DNA from: Planktothrix mougeotii LEGE 06226
GTDB lineage: Bacteria > Cyanobacteriota > Cyanobacteriia > Cyanobacteriales > Microcoleaceae
Reading direction: 5' to 3'
DNA: 64,000 bases
Assembly (NCBI RefSeq): GCF_015207485.1
Contig: NZ_JADEWU010000005.1
Span: forward strand, 52,508 to 116,507
Shown: positions 61,356-64,000 of the stretch, piece after piece
Numbering within the stretch: position 1 is the first letter of the stretch
Layout: each line of letters starts with the position of its first letter
Made by a program: the position numbers and the translations under genes
The notes under the pieces: model-generated
The model's database searches: none
The model's input: only the letters and a program-made list of their open reading frames with translations
Told to the model about the DNA's origin: nothing

Positions 61356-62408
61356 ATGTTTGGAGAACACAACATGGTAACGACTTTAACGGATGCAAAA
61401 CGGGAAGCGATTGGTCAAAAACTGGCTACCATGAAAACTGTCCAAGAATTGTTGATTGAAAATGAACAGATGTTTATGCGGGAGTGTAATATCTCTGAAA
61501 TTCGTCAACAATTCCAAGAAATGTTAGATGATGATAACAAAAATCTGGGAATCATTGATACGGTGATTACCCAATATGGGATTCAATCTCAACCGAAAGA
61601 ACAAGCCACAAAAATGATTAATCTCGCTAAAGAGATGATGAATAAATCCGACTTAAGTTTTTATGAAAAAGTGGTTCAACATGAACTGCTGAAGCATGGA
61701 CAAGTCATGTCGGGTTTATTAGTTCATAAAGCGGCTCAAGTGGTCGGTGCTGATGTGGAAGCTGCTATTACACCTTTGAATACGGTTAACTTTGAAAGTC
61801 GCGCTCATCAAGAAAAACTGAAAGGGATTTTAGAATATTTAGGAACCCAAGAATTAACGGGTCAAGCTCCTGATCAAAGTATTTGGGGACGAGTTCAAGA
61901 TGCGATCGCAGCCTTATCCGGGGTGATGGGAAGTGCTGTTACTCAAAGTTCTGATAAGTCCGATATGAATATTCAAGATGTTGTTCGCATGGATCATCAG
62001 AAGGCTAAAACGTTAATTGCTGAAATTGAAAATTGCAATGATCCGCAAAAAATTCAAGAATATTTCGGACAATTATACAAAGATTTAAGTGTCCATTCGG
62101 AAGCAGAAGAACAAGTGCTTTATCCTCAAGTTCGTTCTTTCTATGATGATACTCAAAATCTGTATAATGAACAAGCTGAATTGAAAGGGGTTTTAGAAGA
62201 ACTGAAATCTCTGAGTCCGAGTTCTGCACTGTTCAAAGATAAAATTAAGCAAGTCAAAGATATGGTTAATCACCATACTCGTGAAGAAGAAAATGATGTC
62301 TTTGCGGTGATTCGGCGCAATTTCTCAACCAGTGAACAAGAGCAGTTAGCCACTCAGTTCAAAGAAGCTAAAAAACAACTGCAAACTCAAATGGCTTCTC
62401 AAAAATAA
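61356..62408 (+). CDS. Hemerythrin-like domain protein (C-terminal half); N-terminal half unassigned
   Basis: H...H...E...H..E spacing in MDHQKAK...HSEAEEQVLYP...NHHTREEENDVF. Confidence 0.55.
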   Translation: MFGEHNMVTTLTDAKREAIGQKLATMKTVQELLIENEQMFMRECNISEIRQQFQEMLDDDNKNLGIIDTVITQYGIQSQPKEQATKMINLAKEMMNKSDLSFYEKVVQHELLKHGQVMSGLLVHKAAQVVGADVEAAITPLNTVNFESRAHQEKLKGILEYLGTQELTGQAPDQSIWGRVQDAIAALSGVMGSAVTQSSDKSDMNIQDVVRMDHQKAKTLIAEIENCNDPQKIQEYFGQLYKDLSVHSEAEEQVLYPQVRSFYDDTQNLYNEQAELKGVLEELKSLSPSSALFKDKIKQVKDMVNHHTREEENDVFAVIRRNFSTSEQEQLATQFKEAKKQLQTQMASQK

Positions 62409-62477
62409 ACGCTTAAAATCCCAAGCTATTCAGCATTTTCATCTCATTTAACTCGCATTTTCACACAATAGATTCCT

Positions 62478-62510
62478 GTAGAGACGTGCCATGGCGCGTC
62501 TCTTTTTGAG
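62478..62510. terminator. Truncated palindromic element (TGTAGAGACGTGCCATGGCGCGTCTC) followed by TTTTT; terminator of the 61356-62408 gene
   Basis: Hairpin plus T-tract about 70 bp after the stop. Confidence 0.65.
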
Positions 62511-62528
62511 TTGGGTTTTGAGAATCTA

Positions 62529-63431
62529 TTAACGAACTCCAAAATCACGAGTTCCAGGATATCCTGAAACCTCTGCTAACTTTTCTAAACTTTGGACTCC
62601 TGAATACATCTGATCCTTAACTTCCCAGGTCGGATAACCTTGAATATTTTTGGCTTTACACACATCAGGTTGAGGATCTTTTCCGCCTTCTTCACATTCA
62701 ATATAAGACAGTTTCTCCACAGCTTGTTTGCCAAATAATTCTTTCTGTTCATGACAGTGAGCACACCAAAAGGCTCCATACATTTTAGCTCCAGATTGAG
62801 TTAAATATTGAGCCAGTTCAATATTGGCTGGGTTAGAAATTGTTGTGATATTAAAGGGATTTTTTTCAGCACGAGGGCTATTAATGGGGGAATAGACTGC
62901 TAAGGTTGAAATTAATGTGATCATTCCTACAACAACGGTAATAAAAAATAGTTGACCTCGATCTTCCCAATCTCGACCTAATAAAGCTAAAACGAATAAA
63001 CTGATTGAACAAACAGCAGAGGCAATACAATAAATACACAAAGATTTAATGACAAATGCCATTAAATACATGAGATAGCCACTGAAAACCATCATGGCGG
63101 ACGCTTGAGCAAATATTAACAGCCATGTCCAATCTTCAGTTTTTGTTCTTAAACTTTTGTGGGTTTCAGCGTTAATTAACCAAGGCGCAACAGCCATCCC
63201 AGCCATGATTGTATACGCTAAAAATCCAAACAAAGCCAGGGGTAAACCAAAGACAACTGCATAGGGACTTGACAGAACTTTATCACAACCTGTGATGGGA
63301 CAAGCCGCTGTTCCCCCTGTCAGTTTAACAAGGGTTAAATAAGCAGTAATCACTGCACCAAAGGCAGCGAGACTAGCAATGATAAATCTGGATTTTTGCT
63401 GAATCCAAGGGGTTGAACGTCGGCGAATCAT
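62529..63431 (-). CDS. Vitamin K epoxide reductase (VKOR) homologue fused to a periplasmic thioredoxin-like domain
   Basis: VKOR CxxC (CPITGCDKV) and CIYC, five TMs, and a C-terminal Trx-like FWCAHCHEQK. Confidence 0.85.
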   Translation of the reverse strand: MIRRRSTPWIQQKSRFIIASLAAFGAVITAYLTLVKLTGGTAACPITGCDKVLSSPYAVVFGLPLALFGFLAYTIMAGMAVAPWLINAETHKSLRTKTEDWTWLLIFAQASAMMVFSGYLMYLMAFVIKSLCIYCIASAVCSISLFVLALLGRDWEDRGQLFFITVVVGMITLISTLAVYSPINSPRAEKNPFNITTISNPANIELAQYLTQSGAKMYGAFWCAHCHEQKELFGKQAVEKLSYIECEEGGKDPQPDVCKAKNIQGYPTWEVKDQMYSGVQSLEKLAEVSGYPGTRDFGVR

Positions 63432-63491
63432 AACACTATTCTTGTGGGTTATACTGGAAAAAATTTTATATCCTTTTAGAGATTTTAACCG

Positions 63492-64000
63492 ATGAGAATT
63501 TTATTAGTGGAAGATGAACCCGATTTAGGGGAAGCCATTAAACGAATATTAACGCAGAAAGCCTACGTTGTAGATTGGGTTCAGGATGGCATAGAAGCTT
63601 GGGATTATTTAGAAAATCAATGGACACAATACACTTTAGCGATTTTTGATTGGTTATTACCAGGGTTATCAGGAATAGAACTTTGTCAAAAACTCCGACA
63701 AAAAGGGAGTTCTATTCCGATTTTAATTTTAACCGCAAAAGATACGGAAGCGGATAAAATTATGGGGCTAGATGCTGGGGCGGATGATTATTTAGTGAAA
63801 CCCTTTGGGATGGGAGAATTATTAGCTCGTTTACGCGCTTTACAACGGCGTTCTCCCCAACTTCAACCCCAGAAATTACAATTAAATCATTTTATATTAG
63901 ATTATCAATTTTATACATTTTCTGATCAAAAGAATCCTGATTATCCTTTAACAATTAGTTTAACGAATAAAGAATTTCAACTGTTAGATTATTTTATGCG
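63492..64000 (+). CDS. Two-component response regulator, OmpR family (3'-partial; runs off the window)
   Basis: REC domain (LLVEDEPDLGE, the phospho-acceptor D in LAIFDWLLPG, ILTAKD) and the start of a winged-helix (LTNKEFQLLDYFM). Confidence 0.8.
   Translation, partial: MRILLVEDEPDLGEAIKRILTQKAYVVDWVQDGIEAWDYLENQWTQYTLAIFDWLLPGLSGIELCQKLRQKGSSIPILILTAKDTEADKIMGLDAGADDYLVKPFGMGELLARLRALQRRSPQLQPQKLQLNHFILDYQFYTFSDQKNPDYPLTISLTNKEFQLLDYFM

Overview
Cyanobacterial chromosome window (about 40% GC, abundant HIP1 GCGATCGC sites, petCA and psaB present). A 14-repeat CRISPR array runs off the 5' edge with no cas genes inside the window. The rest is mostly housekeeping genes (petC-petA, psaB, ispG, ctpA, dgkA, gpt, ABC transporters, metal-handling genes, an OmpR-type response regulator). 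Embedded at about 19.4-34.8 kb is an accessory-looking block. It holds two paralogous NERD-nuclease/UvrD-like SF1 helicase fusion proteins, one of which also carries a C-terminal pentapeptide-repeat domain. Between them sit a 2108-aa Ser/Thr-kinase/P-loop-NTPase/TPR/GAF/PAS/class-III-nucleotidyl-cyclase protein, gpt, a structured-RNA candidate (B12-box-like core plus terminator) upstream of a pterin-4a-carbinolamine dehydratase gene, a GAF/HD-GYP phosphodiesterase, a bacterial major-vault-protein gene remnant, and vapBC toxin-antitoxin debris. Elsewhere there is a stand-alone psaB paralogue, a dispersed palindromic terminator element (GTAGAGACG-N-CGTCTCTAC, 6 copies), heptanucleotide STRs, nested tandem repeats, MITE-like hairpins and gene remnants (CHAT C-terminus). 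No rRNA or tRNA genes were recognised.
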